A stretch of 64,000 nucleotides of DNA from Epiperipatus broadwayi (GCA_028023455.1 JAQFVV010000002.1:3286001-3350000), one strand, 5' to 3'. Counted from the stretch's first letter, positions 39,246 to 54,619 are shown. Made by a program: numbers and translations. The notes: generated by a model not told the origin, from the letters alone.

Positions 39246-41344
39246 AATTACTAACCTGTGTTGTCTAATTGGGTGTTATTACTAACAACTTGTTTGTATT
39301 TGAAAAGTTTAAATAAAGTTTAACATTTTCTGTACATTCAACATTCACTCACAGATGATGGAAATAGTCCAACATATCACACGTAATAATATACCATCAT
39401 CACAAACTTTCAGGCAAATATATAACATTGTTATTAAAACTGGTTATATAGGTCATATAATATCATTAAGTAACAAAATAATTTTATTAATGCTATCTAT
39501 AGTAAAAAAACCAAAAAGGTTTTCAGGTTTATAAAATAACATGTATTATTAAAAATATATATATAATATTTACTTCATTTTATCAGACTATATGTGCAAA
39601 TAAGGAATGTGCATAAAAATACTAAATATTATTCAATACAACAAAAGATTAACAAGTAAACATTTAAAAAAAGAATATATAATACCAAAATGGGAAATTA
39701 CAAATCACTTGGAATTGAACAGTCTAAGTAAACCCCACCCCACCCCCTTTTTTAACTGTATGTGATCTGAATTTTGAATCCAGACGAAGTTAAATATTTT
39801 TAAAAAAACCCAGCTTAGGGATCTTCTCTCAAGTATCTGGCCCATAATTAACACAGCTAATCATAAATAACATTGGTCTGTAAATAAATATCTAGTTACC
39901 CTTTTCTAAAGCATATAATAAAAAGATGAATAACAGCTCAACTCACACGCTATTTAATGTGTTTGTATAATATGTATGAATCAGTTTAATAAATTCATCT
40001 TTATTTGCTATTTGTATCAGATATTTACTGACATCTATTTAAAAAGTTCAATTGTATAAATGTGTATCAAAAGCAAATTGCCTTTTAGCAATTATTTGCT
40101 TAATGCTCAACAAGTAGAAATTTTCAAGCTGGATAAGTTCTGCCTTTTCCTTTACTATTCTATGAATGGTCATTGAAAGGCTTTTATTCTTTAGTAAGCT
40201 ATTTATTATAAAGGCGATTTTATCTTTTTATATTGAACAGTTATATATTATTACTTATCATTCTACTAAAATATTTATTTATGTTTCAGATTTAGAGCTA
40301 CATACTTTGGATATTTATAACAACATTGTTTACAAAAAAGTATATTTAAAATACTGAATAATTTTCATATTTATGATAATGATGGAGAGGGATATCAAAA
40401 CAAATATCAACAAGTTTTGTTGTCTGTATATTATTGTTACTATGGCAAATTGATAAGTACAATGTTAAAAAGAATACACTTCTTTTTCTATTTTTTTTTA
40501 ATGCACGTTTTTAAAGCTTGACTAAACGTTTTTTTTTCTGTTTAAGTAAAGGATGTTTTTTTAAAAAAAAAAAACATAAAAGTAAACCTATCAAAAGGAC
40601 TTCCATTTTATAAATGTATCAATACGTTAATTTTGAAGTGAAAACAAAATTGTTTCTTGTTGTTTATCAACTAATTTTCTGTTGGTGTATTATTGTTACT
40701 ATGCAAAACTGACACATAAATTAAAAGAAATGCTCATATAGTTTTATCATTTGTCTATAAACTTTATTTTAAATCTTAATATTTTACAAATACGAAAATA
40801 TTTGCAAACAGAGAATTTTATTAATTTTCTTTTCCTGGTTATTCTGTTAATACAAATTTGTATTTTTGATTTTTTTTTTTTATATTATAAATTAGTCCAA
40901 TAATTATTTTAAAAAACATTAGAATCTGTAAATAATGAATGTGAAAAAACATTTAAAAATCTCAAGAATACTTGCTACATATTTAACTCTATAGTATTGA
41001 ATTCAATACTTAATCGACCAGCACATAATAGCTTGTGATTTGTTTTGATACTAATTTAAGTTCGGCATTTTTTAAAGAACTAAGCTGCTTCAAAACTTTT
41101 AATCTTTTAAAACAAAAATTATACAGAAACAACTTAAACTACATATGCATTATTATGATGGTTACTGACGATATTTTTTTATGTCATCCAAGTCAATTTT
41201 GACAGCTAATTATTTAAATGGTATTTTGCTTATTCATAATTTTTACTGTTGTATTAAGTTCAGGTGCAGTACTGTTAATCTAGTTTCATAGTAGCACAAG
41301 TCTTCTGGATTAGTTATTTGTTACAGATTAAGTATAATTCATCC

Positions 41345-41670
41345 AGGCAAAAATCTCCATACAGTAGTGCCATTTTGTGCCAACCAGAGTAATCAATGAA
41401 TGCCAGAAGGCTTGTGCATAAAATCCCTATCTACTGTCTACTCGTCCAATATCCCCAGACTAGTTTCTGGCTTGTGGCCTTCGTCAGTGAAGAGCCAGAA
41501 ACTAGTCTGTGGATATTGGACAAGTAGGCACTAGATAGGGATTTTATGAACAAGCCTTCTGGCATCCATTGATTATTCTGGTTGGCACAAGATGGCACTA
41601 CTGTATGAAGAGTTTTGCCTTATTTAATAACAATTATGTGCTAGTATGAGACAGTGATCATGCGATGTTT
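41345..41670. mobile_element. Family A inverted pair with junction inside the ribozyme
   Basis: The minus-sense copy 41345-41493 has a complete HHR (41452-41493: TCTTCA CTGACGA AGGCCACAAGCCA GAA ACTAGT C TGGGGA). The plus-sense copy starts at GCCAGAAACTAGTC and runs to the gtgatcatgcgatg terminus. Confidence 0.9.
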
Positions 41671-42290
41671 AGTGGTTTAAATAATTCTTCAATTCTTTTC
41701 TTACTATCTCTTGTTGCAAATCAAATGTTTTTAAAATACCCAAATGCTGTTGAATTCCTAAAAATATTGAAAGAAATATATATAATCATTACTTTTAATA
41801 TTTATTTACATTTCAATAACATGTATTTAGCTTTATTATAAAATCATAGCTCTGTATGGTTTGGCATAGTTGGTATTAAGAGATCCCAGGTTTCTGGAGT
41901 TCACAGGTGTAGCACTTGAACTTTTTATGAATTCCCAAGCAATAAAGCCATATATATATATTTTACTAAATCTTAGCTATTATAATTTTTTTAAGAATAA
42001 ATACAGTATAATAATTTTGTTACATTTTTATTTACCATTGTCAAACTCACTTCACTCACATCCACTTCAGATAAATACAATAATGATTATTACTAATCAT
42101 TTTATTAAATTATGTATGTTTTTTTTTAAATAATATAAGAGCTTTTTTTTTACATTTAAATTCTTAGTAAAAATATCTTTTTTATTAACAATGAAAAAAA
42201 GTTTAAAATGAAATCATAAACATAATTATACTTTGCTGCAGATGTAACAAATTAATTCAGAAACATAATTCCTACACTTATTTAAATATT

Positions 42291-42699
42291 AAAACAGGCA
42301 AAACTCTCCATACACTAATGCCACTCAGTGCAAGCCAGAGTAATCGAATCAGTGGATGCCAGAAGGCTTATGCATAAAATCCCTATCTAGTGCCTTCTCA
42401 TCCAATATCCCCAGACTAGTTTTTGGCTTATGGCCTTTGTCAGTGAGGAGCTTGAATCTGAAAGCACTGCACTTAGATCTTAGGATCTAATGCAACCCTC
42501 TAGCAGTCACTTTTTATCTCTACTTAACTACAAAACTATGAGAATAAAATTGAAAGCACAATAGTATTTGCAATCCAAGCTCATTAGCTTATGTATTCAT
42601 ATAGGTCTGAACTCAGTTCAGTATCCATACATTTTGATGTCTTTGGTTCTTTAATAACCATAGCTACCACTATCCTATTAGGCAGGATTGGTATTAAAC
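42291..42699 (-). mobile_element. Family A long copy (about 410 bp)
   Basis: Colinear with 53088-53484 and has the same 5-prime boundary (ggattggtattaaac on the plus strand). The HHR core is mutated (CTGACAA, AAAA). Confidence 0.9.
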
Positions 42700-43997
42700 C
42701 ACTAAACATACTTCACCAGTATAATGTGCCAATAACAATATCATACAATATTCTCATATGTTTACTTATATGCATTAAAACATATGAGTGAGCATATGAA
42801 AAACATATTTAGTGTTACTACTAACCTTTTAAACCAAAGAATGGAAGTTTGTACCTACAATTGGACTAAAATTGGTATCTCTAAAATACATAGAAATAAA
42901 ATTGTGACTGCTATATGCCTATATAAATTAGATTCAGCTTTAAATCATGGTGCTTTACTGATAAATGCAAAACTAAAAATCAGTCTGAGAATGGGATATA
43001 ATATCATCTGCCATCTGGTATCCATTGCTTCTTCAAGCTTACAATATATGGTTTTAAGGTAGGTTAAAAATGGCAGCATTTAATATAAATACATGTTAAA
43101 TAATTTTATTTAATATATTTCAAACATATAAAATGCATTTTTAATGGTTTATAAAACATTTATATTCATTATTTTCAATCTATTAAAATATTATAAATGA
43201 AAATCAGCATTCAAAATTTATTTTAGAATAAGCCCAGAAAATGAGAAACAATCTTATTTCAAACTAGTTCTGTTAGTCATTCTGTTTTCACTGCTCTAAT
43301 AGATTACAAATAATAAAAGACAAGAATTGTCTATATTATGTCATTTGCATCATCTTTTTAAAAAAATATTTTTTTAGTATCATAATTATTAATTATCTGT
43401 TATTAGGTAAAACGAACCAAATAGACCATATTTTGCAAACCTTTTTGTTTTTTCTCTCTATTTTTCAAAAACTAATAAAAGTTCTCATTATGTAATATTA
43501 CCATTAAAATTTCTTCACAAATATTTTTTTTTACTTACTAATTTCAAGATTTCTAAGCGGCTAATCTTTATATATATATCAAATAAACTTTATTAATAAC
43601 AAATTATATATCATATAATACTAAATCATCCATGCACTTTACTATTGCTATATATATATACAAATTATATACAAGTATTAACTTATATATTGGAGGAAAA
43701 TAAATAATTTGAAAGATATATGATAAAAATATAATCATTATAATAGTATATGAGAGAAGATCAAAACAATTCTGTTTTATGTAGATGAATGTATAATTTA
43801 CAAAAAAAAAGTCAGATGTCACATGACCTAATAAGCTCTCTATATAACGAATGTATAATTTATATGCTTTATATCTTTCTAAAATAATATACACCTAATA
43901 AAAATATTGTTTTTTCAAATTTTGCTCATAGTACTTCAAGATAAGTATTTTAGAGCATATAAATATGTATTATATCATTCTTTATTATTTTTTAAGA

Positions 43998-44129
43998 ACA
44001 CTGTAATTTTTTTTTTTAAGTGTCATAGCATCGGCCAGGACGCAAACCCGCAACCCAGGCAACTGCCTGCAAGTGCAAGGCAGTCGCGCTGACCTCTCGA
44101 CCACCAATGCAAGACACACTGTAGTTTTT
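43998..44129 (-). mobile_element. tRNA-derived SINE (family G), copy 2, with 14-bp TSD
   Basis: The body is homologous to the 1693 and 60525 copies. Flanks are acactgtaattttt (43998-44011) and acactgtagttttt (44116-44129), with an A tail on the minus strand. Confidence 0.85.
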
Positions 44130-47100
44130 GTTATCAAAAATTACAGAAAAGTGAGCAAGCCACATAGTTCTAAGAGTATAAATAAATACTATGGGCATTA
44201 TATGGATGTTTTTTTTCTCTCAAGAAATTGATTAAGATTAATTATTTGCTTGTGAAAAATAAAATGCCATAAAAATGATAAGTATGGACAGATTTGAAAA
44301 TGTGTATCATAACTTCTGGATTATTATTACACAAGACATGTGGGATTCAGATTTAATTTAAAATGATTAATGAGGAGAATTTTGGTAGGAATTGTGCTAA
44401 GTAGTAGGTGAACAAAACTTTCAACCATGATTGAGGAACATATACATTTTGGAATCTGATTAAAGTTTTGGCAATTGGAACAGTTGATCATACCAACCAA
44501 TGATTTGATATTATAATTGATACAAAATATCTGCATGGCTGATAGCATGATCAGTGAAAGACTTGCATATGGAAATGGAGCAAGCCATGTTATAGGAAGA
44601 AAAGTGGCTTTCAGAATTGGGACTAATTAAGGTTGCAATGTATATTTAAGCTCTGACATGGTAGACAAATGATTGAGGAGATATTAGATTAAGATCATGT
44701 TTACAAATAAAAAAATAAGCACCTGTAATTTATATCTGATGATGATCATGAGATGTCCAATTTTATTGTAGATATGAGATTTTTAACAGTAGCCCAGAAA
44801 AGATGAATCCATAAACTATAGTTAGCAAGTATATCATCCAGAAATACAAACTTTCACTATAGGATAAAGCAGATTTGGGCTGAAAACTTTTATTTTTGTA
44901 CTGAACTTGCTAATATTATCTTTCCAATGTATCTTCTTTCATTTGTTTTCAATTTTTTATATGTGGAAAAGTTTTATTACTGATATTAAAAGATGTCTAT
45001 AGTTTTGCTTTACACAACTTTTTTTAATTTGGTCATATGGTTCAGCATAGTGGTAAAGCAAAGTAATCAATAGTCATAGGTTCTTTAAATCAAAGCTTGA
45101 TTTATCCCTTTAGTGTTCAAAAATCATATGATTTTTCAAACAACTAACCATTTGATAATTTATCTATTTGATGATATGACATACTGATCAACTGATTCAT
45201 GTTTAAATTATCCAATACATTATTGATAAAAGAATAATCACACAGATATTATGCAATTGGCTTGTGGCAAAATATTGATTCAATGGAATGAAAATATTAA
45301 CTATAAAACATAAACTTTTAAATAATTGCTATGAAGACTTTAGCTTTTATATAATCTGTATATTCTGAATATTGCTCAGAAATGAAATGCTCCAAATATC
45401 TTTTGAGATATTTAACATTAGAAAAAATATGTTCTACATATATTTTTGTAAATAATCACTAGCATTAATAAATTTTCAATTCACCACAATTATTTCACTC
45501 CACCCAATAACAAATTTAACTACAAAGCAAATGAAAAAATAAATTCTTTTTTTTTGTCTTTTTCATAGTTGAACGTAATACCAATAAGATGAAGAAATTT
45601 TGTTGGATTGAAAAACCATTAATGTTAATTAATAGGTGTTTCTTTATATGGGATCCATCCTAAATGAAGTGTATATTTACTTAATTTGTACAATGTGTTT
45701 TCATGTTCATTCAACATGTACATAATATAATAAAATAGCAAACCCATGAATTTGCATCCATGAATAATTTTTATTTCTGTTTGACATAAATGAAGTATTT
45801 AATTTTTTCATTGAAATTTATCAGTTAAAAGCCTCTTTACTTTTTGTTTATTTTAATTTTTGATAAATGTCTAAAAAAATTTAAAGAGAAAGAAGAAGTT
45901 TAGATATAAAAAACATTTTAGCTCAAAAGAAAACTGCCACATGAAAGTTTAAAGAAGGCATTGTTGAATTATTGGAAACATTAAAATAAACAAAATATCA
46001 TTAGAATAATATTGCTTATCTGATGCCAGGATAAATAATAGAGTCAACTATGAAAAACCTGTACAATTTTATTAAATAATCTCTAATATATTTCAAACAA
46101 TCTTTAAGTAAAAGGCAAGTCTTGCAAGGCCTTCATTTTGGACAAAGAATATTGACAGATACATGTAATTCTTTAATGCTATTTTATTGTAGATAACAGC
46201 AGTAATAAAGAATGTATGCTACTCTAGGAATCCTCAAACTTAATAAGGATTATTATATAATATGAAAATATTTCAAAATTAATAAAATATCATAAATATG
46301 CTTTAATATATTTTTAACATTATAAAAAGTTAATAAATTATTTCCCTTACAGAAAATGTTTTAAAGTAATAAAAAAAACAATTACAACATATCTTCAGAG
46401 GTCTGCTCCAAGAAATAAATAATTTCTGGATGAAAACTTTTATGTTAGAAAGACAGGCTGTGTGATATAAAAACATTAATAGGCATTGTTATTATGTCTT
46501 ATTACACTAGAGAAAGGATTATTTGCTTAATTGATTACTGTCAGGTGACCATGTACAAGATGAACTTATTATAATCTAAAGTTTAATCCTATCCAATAAT
46601 AGCCATGGATAATGACCAGACTGAAGCTTACATCAAACACAAGTCTTAACACAAACCCAGTCACAGTTGATGATCATCATCCTTCCCACATATACATTAT
46701 CATTCTAATAGTTAGGTGTTTAAACTATATCTATCAGAACTTCTAGATCAAAATATATTATACTCTTAGATATACATAAAATACTTATTTATTAGATGAA
46801 AAATTGATGAGAAATGTTACTTTTAATAATTATTTATTTATTTACAACAAAAAAAATAAAACCATTTAACTTCTCTTATATTTACAAATGTATGTAATCA
46901 ATAAATATATACAATAAAAAATTATTTAGAATGGATCTGAGATGTCAATCAAGCGTATAATGGCTAAACTCATTTACTTAATATTAACAATGATAATTAA
47001 GACATTGTATAAGATTTAAACTAATGTTTTCCATTCTTTTCATATCACAAAGTCAATTTAATCTTAAAATAAAAGAAATATATTAATATATAAGTCTTTG

Positions 47101-50100
47101 CTTACTTTTGAGGATTGTAAGCAAAGACATTTAAATTGATATTACCAAATTTATTTTGTTTGTCTTTTGAGCTCAATGTACTCACAATTCTTTTTTCTTC
47201 ACATTTAAGATATTGAATGACAACTTAACATTAAAGTCTCTGATCATTTTTTATCATGACTTCATATATAAATTGTACAAAACTAGTAGATATTTCTAAG
47301 ACCAGTAAGTTTCTCTTAGTTGTGTTTATCATAAAGAAAAACAGATAAATGCTTAATATGGTTTATTTCTTTGAATTTTCATTTTTAAATAAATATTATG
47401 TTTTATTATAATGACACAAACAAATCTGGCAATGATAGGCATAACTACCATTTCATCATATTGCACTACAAAAGCTACATCTAGAAAGATGAGATCAACA
47501 CCCAACTGGATCTCTATTTGACCATTATAAATAAATATGAATCCAATTGATTAAAAAATCAATCTCACTGATGCTAATTTGTGAGTAAAAACCTTTGCAA
47601 AATACTCTCCCATTGTTTATATTATTATTGTTTTTATGGTCATTTAATTAACATTTTCAAAAGTAATTAATTTTATTTTGGAATCATATTTTACAGAAAT
47701 TTATTTATTTATTTGGTTAACTTATCCTATTATGATTTGCCTTTAAAAACACTAACTCTTTCAAAAGTTTTAAAACACTTAATACTATTTATATATATAT
47801 TAAAACTAGCTAATCTTAGTTTTAATTTTCTTTTAGCTTTTTTCCATATTTATTTTTATAAGAGATTACAATATATAGATTGCCTTGATAATAGAGTGAA
47901 GATTCATGGTTTAGATAAGCATGGGCTCATATTCTGAGATTATATATATATATCCAGTTGACAGTCAATGATTTCTGCTTATCATTGATTTATAATAGTA
48001 AGATCTGAGGGTTTATTACATAACATTAATGAAATATTCAATATTATGCAAACTTCTAGATATTACCATGAACAAATAATGCACAGAATATATTAAGCAA
48101 AAGCACGTAAAACAAGTGAATAAAATACAAAATAAATTATTAATGCATAAAATTATAATTCAAAATTATAACCAGTTTATTATATTTTATATTATTAAAA
48201 GTTCTTTATCCTGGAGGTTTCATCATTTTTCAGAATGTAGTTCTGCAAATATATAACAGTTTCTCTGTTTGTTGATAATAAAGCAATCTAAAATGAATGT
48301 ACAGTATTGAAAATTATTTTACATAAGATTTTCTTAAAACATAAGCACACACAGATATATTAATAAGGGCAATTCAATTTCACAAAATATTTAAATAAAT
48401 AAGTAAATAACTCAGGTGCCAATAATTTATTTTATAGCATTAAGCTGGCTTTCCATTTAATTATCCTAAAAAGTATATTCAAATATAGAGGTCTGGGAGC
48501 AAATATTTCTTTCTAAACTAAACAGATTTCTTTCCAGAGAGAAAGAGATCAGTTACACTTTTTGTGCTTTAATAATAGTCATAAAGTATATGATAAAGTA
48601 GGTTTTTATTAAAAATTGATTGCATTTCATTTTTAATCATAATTTACTAGAAATATTAGGGTAATATCTTAACAATATAACAGTTAACTGACAAATCTTT
48701 ATTTTGTAGATTTAAAATATATTTTCTCTTATTCTGTTTATCTCAAGCATAAAATTAAAGTATATGTGAGTGATTTTTTTTCTTCTTTTCATCAGCAAAT
48801 GTAATAAATAATTAATTATGAAGAACAATAAAAATGTTTCTAAATTTAACACAAAAAGTTCATCAATCTAGGATTAATAATTCATTTATTAAGAGAAATA
48901 TATATTATCCAAAAGAAACCATTTATAAATGAATATTAAAACAGGAAACAGTATATTTCAAAATGTTATCAAAAGTAAAGCATTTTAAAGTCTTTGATAT
49001 TTTATTGCTCTTTCAATGTTTCTTTACATATTAAAATAAGCATAAGCATTTCAAAACATTAACATGCTATCATAAATATCATAAAATATAAGTTTTCAAT
49101 AATTTTATTCTAAGAGATAAGAAATTGTACATCTATAATAGAGTTCATTGCAAGTATGAGATTAAAAATAATAAAGAATTCTTATGTGAACAGGGCAAGC
49201 CATATGTAATTCCCATGCCATACTGATATCAACCCAACATACTTCAGCAATTATGAGTGAATAATTGTTTAACCTTTCCATTTTGCTCTTCCTTTTGAAT
49301 AGTGTTGAATTTTTGGATTTTCAGTGACTTCAGCTTAAATTCTAGTATCTGGATTGGAAGATTTTTTAAGAATACATATTACTTTATGCAATAAAAAATG
49401 AACTTATGATTAATTCTGTGGGTGAGATATAATCAAGTTCCTTTCTCCTTCATGTGTTTTTTCTAACAGAAGCTCAGTAGTCAAGTTTGGTGTGTGTGTA
49501 GACCTTTTATATTTCTCATCATGTGATTCCTTTTGATTGATGGAAAAACATTATTTTTACCACTTTTAATTTTCCTATCTTAGTGTTTAAAGACCAATTT
49601 TGTATTTGTAGAATAGAACTAAAAGTAGAACTCATTTACATATCTTTCAGATGTCTTAATTAATATGTACTATCTGAAATCATTATTTAAGAAATTAAAA
49701 TCATTATGGTAAAAATAAAAGTAAAATACAAAATAAAATATATTGTTTTGAAAAAAATATTACATCATATTTTTATAACTATTTTAGACTATATTAAATA
49801 AATAAATTAAAAGTTCACAAGAATTCAATTTAATATTTTAATTAAAGGTATTTAAAAATATTCAACATTATAAAACAAAGAAGTGTAATCTAAAATTAAT
49901 AAATGTAAGCATACTCACACACATGTACACTCAATTTATTTCACTTGAAAATTAAGAACTCTTTTAATATTAATAACTAACTCAGTCTTTTAAATCAATT
50001 AATCTAGCTTTATTATTATTAATATAGTCTTATTAATATTAGCTTGAATGAATATAATCTTACTATTAGTTAATTTGAATAGGAATGCTCTATTTTAAGT

Positions 50101-53087
50101 AATCAAATGTTAAAGATTTAGACTTAGTTGCTTTACTGTTTAATTCAAACATTAAACTTTAAGATACTAAGGACTATTCTAAAGAAATCCTAGATTTTAG
50201 CACTAATTTCTTACTCTTTGATTTCATTAAACAGCTGAATACACATATATAATATCAAAACCAAATGCAATTTATGTTTTCTTTTATGACTGTATAAATT
50301 GTTTAAATATGTGAAATACTTTTAGAGTCATGTTTAAACAGTTATTTTGACTGCTTGCAATCCTAATTATTACAATTACTACATGTTATTTATTGTTCTG
50401 TTCAAATAGAGAAGTACTTTCTGCTTGTGGTTTTATCTGTTAAGCAGACTGATATATATATTGTAACCATACTGATTCATTTGAGTTCAGATTAGTTGTA
50501 TTACAAATATGACTGATCAATAAAGTAGTATAGATGGCTTAATAAAGAAATTAATAGTGAATAATAAATTTATAGATTGCCATGTGTGTATTAGAAATAA
50601 TATATGTGTAACTTAATTATAGCAATGTAAGAAATTAAAATTAGTTTACAGAGTTAATATTCCTATTAAATATTTAATAAAAGAAATGATTTTTGTAAAA
50701 GTACAATTACTAAAATAATATCTTTATAAAAAATGCTAAAAAGAGAAATTAATTAGTTTACTACAGCACACAAATGAACTGCAAATACAAGGAAATTTAT
50801 CATATTTTGTGATTGTTTAGATTTGCTTTTTGGAATAGATTTGAGAAATAATTTGCATTTTTCTTGCAGTAAACTTATTGGTAAATTTGAATACATTATT
50901 AAAATTTATAAAACAAGAAAATTGAGAAGTTAGACAATAAATTAGTGAATTCAGACATAATTTTCTATTATTTCATTTCACTTTCTCACCAGCCTAAATA
51001 AAAACTATTTTATAAACATTTATAAAATAATTATAAGAATATAGAAAATATTTATGAAATAACATGTTGTGTAAAAAATATATTAAATTTGGTCATTAAA
51101 TCTGAATAAAGATGTGTACAAAAATATTATCATATACTAATATGGATTTAATTATAAGTTAAATGCTATAAACATGTCATGTGCACAAAAGATATAAATA
51201 TGTCTGAAAGATGGCTATATATTATTGCATCTTGAGTCTGGAATAAAAAAGAAGGTTGTGCAGATCAGTTCTCTGAAAACAGAAGAAGACATCAATAAAG
51301 AAATAGGTGTTAAAGGGGAAAATTGCTAGTTCAAATATTCTCCTTTGAAATAGCATCAGATAGCTTCAACTTGCTGCCTGTTTAAATGTATTATTAAATA
51401 TTACATAAAATGCAACCTAGCAGAAAACTATTTGCTATGTGTGGCTAATACAACCAAAGAAATTCTAATCAAAAGACCTGTATCTAAAAAGTATCCAGAG
51501 ACACACATTGAAATTGCATACAATGCAATGTGACCTGCTTTAATGAGAGAAACTATGATGTGAGAAAATAAATGGATCTTGCTTCAAGTCTTAATACATA
51601 TCTCTAGTAAGATTCATTAACAGAGTCTACAATCATCAGTACCCAAAGAAGATAATCACAATCAGGACTAAAGACAATCATTAAAGACATGCACTTCATT
51701 TTTATTACATGATAAGATCTTTCTTTATATTTGACTAAAAAACTTTAAATTTATTTGATTCAATATTTTGTATTTTTTATTTATTTCCTATATATTGTGG
51801 TAGTTGTGATTGTATAAGCAATGATTTCATATTTTATTTATTTATTGTAAATAAATTGTTACCTTTTATTATCCAATTAAGTTTGTTTTGCTGCTTGGAT
51901 TTATGCCAAAAACATGAGCCTTTATTATAGTACTAACTCTGAGAAGCCATGCAATCCACTGATAGATAGACAGAGATAACAGAATAGCATTAGAGTAATG
52001 ATGATCAGGCATAGTAAAATATCTAGAAGTAATTTTTCTATTTAAAGAGAGATTTGTGTTTAAGAAATTAATTTTAAATTGAATCTAAACAAAGAAATTA
52101 AAAATATTTTGGGAATCATTATACTAGACTATCCTTCAGTGCTAAGGTTATTTTGATCATTCTTATCAGGAGTGTTGATTACATTAAATGCATGTATTTG
52201 AGTTTAATCATTTTATTTGAATTTACATTTACTCCCACCTCATACCATTACAATATATATAATAGAATGAACATCTGCCATTATTATATATAATGTAAAT
52301 AAACTATAATAGAGTATAAAATTTAATATTAATTTTAAAAATGAACACGTTAGTTTCATACTCATGATTATCAGCACAAACACATTTTACCATTGAAATA
52401 TTTCAAAATATTTATTTTTACTTATTTGATGTTATTGGCTCTCTAATTCATTCACACAGTTATTTTGAAAATTAAATCAAACTTTCTTGATTTTTCTTCC
52501 TCTATTATTTCTTTCTTCATAAATTACAATAACAGTACTAAATGGAATTCATATCTATGTTATTTTACCATGATTATAAAATACCATAGCTTTTGCTCTT
52601 CTATTTATAGTGCATCATTCTCATTTTTAATTTTATTTTAATTTTCTTATGGGCAGTGATTGTCTACATCCCCAACATATAGAATATTATATTAATACAT
52701 CTAGTCTATTTTATTTTGTATTAACATATAACATTGAACTTCCCTTCACATTTTCCAATTTTATTTCCAATATTTGGTAAATATTGCAAAAAAAATATTC
52801 CTTTCTTATAATTTCAAACTTTTTTATTCTTGTGCTGATTATTTATTTTAAATTACTGTACATATCCACATATATCAGTTTTACTGAAACCAACCTTTTC
52901 CACAGCAAAAATATAAATTTCCAATTTTTTTTTTATATGATTCAAATATATATAAATAATTACTTTGTTGACAAAAAGGCCTTCAATTCAGCATATTTAT
53001 GTAATTTTGGATCTTTAAATATTACATTAATATGTCTTCAATAATATTAAATAATTGAATTGTCATTTTGTAACTCAATGAATTGTT

Positions 53088-53619
53088 AAAACAGGCAAAA
53101 CTCTCCATACAGTAGTGCCACTCAGTGCAAGCCAGAGTAATCAATGTATGCCAAAAGGCTTGTGCATAAAATCCCTATCTAGTGCCTACCCATCCAATAT
53201 CCACAGATTACTTTCTGACTTGTGGCCTTCATCAGTAAGGATCTTTGGATCTGAGAGCACTGCACCTAGATCTTAGGATCTAATGCAATCCTCCAGCAGC
53301 CACCTTTTATCTTAACTACAAAATTATAAGAATAAAATTGAAAACACAATATTTTCAATCTAAGCTCATTAGCTTATATAGTCATATAGGTATGAACTTA
53401 GTTCAGTACCCATACATTTTGGTGTCTTTGGCTCTTTAATAACCATAGCCATCACTATCCTATTAGGCAGGATTGGTATTAAACAAAAAACATCACATAA
53501 TCACTATTTTTTATGCTTGCTTATTAAAACAGGCAAAACCCTCCATAAAGTAGTGCCACTCAGTGCAAGCCAGAGTAATTAATGGATGAGCAAGCATAAG
53601 AAATAGTAATCATGTGATG
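53088..53619. mobile_element. Family A cluster: long copy 53088-53484 plus small inverted pair 53491-53619
   Basis: Colinear with the other family A copies. The HHR in the long copy is mutated. The second insertion has terminal segments facing outward at both ends. Confidence 0.9.
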
Positions 53620-53837
53620 TTTATTGGTTCAATGAATTGTTGTTCCATTTTATTTTTCACCTTAAATAATAAATTTCATTTTGGGAGGAGGCTTTATAGT
53701 TTAGTTTAATCCTGATTAACTAGTAATCATGTGATGTTTATTGGTTCAATGAATTGTTGTTCCATTTTATTTTTCACCTTAAATAATAAATTTCATTTTG
53801 GGAGGAGGCTTTATAGTTTAGTTTAATCCTGATTAAC
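53604..53837. repeat. Perfect 117-bp direct tandem duplication
   Basis: 53604-53720 equals 53721-53837 by eye. The unit begins in the family A terminus (tagtaatcatgtgatg). Confidence 0.9.
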
Positions 53838-54397
53838 ATCCTATAATGTGTGCAACAAAACGTTATTTACACACTATACATACAATAGTTTTTATATCAT
53901 TATAAAAACTGTGTAAATAATGTAGTTGAATTGATGTTTCATATATACACCATAGGAAGATTAGGATTAAACTGTACATCTAAAAAGATTATGAAATTTA
54001 TTATTTAGATTTAAACATAAAGTGGAGTGACAATTTAATTTTAAAATGATAGTTAAACTAATAACTATTATGGGATGTGTTAATGTGATGTTTCAAGTGG
54101 CAAAGTGATATAAATATATGGGTTTAAGAACATTTTTGTTATCAAAAGAATTATTTATTTAGATTTGAATCTGATAAAGTAGAGAATCTGGAGATTTATA
54201 TCTCTGTTATGCTAAAGGCTGGTTTCAGTAAAGCTGATATGTGTAGATATATAGAACCATTTTAAATAAATAATCAGTACAAGAAAAAAAAATAGAAATA
54301 ATAAGAAATAATTGTAGTGATATATTGGAGCGCTATATACAGAGAAGTTCAATGTAGGTTTTAGGACACCTATAAATTTGCATAAATTAATCAAAAT

Positions 54398-54619
54398 ATG
54401 AAAAATAAAAAACATAAGATGGATCAGTCTAATGTTGTATATGCTGTAGGCCATAAACCAATCGAACTGCCAATATGTAACTATATGAAAACTAAGATGA
54501 ATTTAAGAATAAGAATGTCACAACATTTTCTAATAAATAGAAGAGCAAAAATTAATTATACAAAGACTGTGGTATTGTATGATCATGAAAAAAAATGTGG
54601 ACATGGGTTATATTGTTGA
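54398..54619 (+). pseudogene. Penelope-type GIY-YIG endonuclease remnant
   Basis: ORF MKNKKHKMDQSNVVYAVG...CNYMKTKMNLRIRMSQH...TVVLYDHEKKCGH matches SNVVY...C..YIGxTxRxLxxRxxEH...H....H. Confidence 0.8.

Noticed and set aside
44250-44900. piggyBac-like transposase remnant
   Set aside because: There is only a vague resemblance (GTV; VDK..RY), no termini, and it is too decayed to support.
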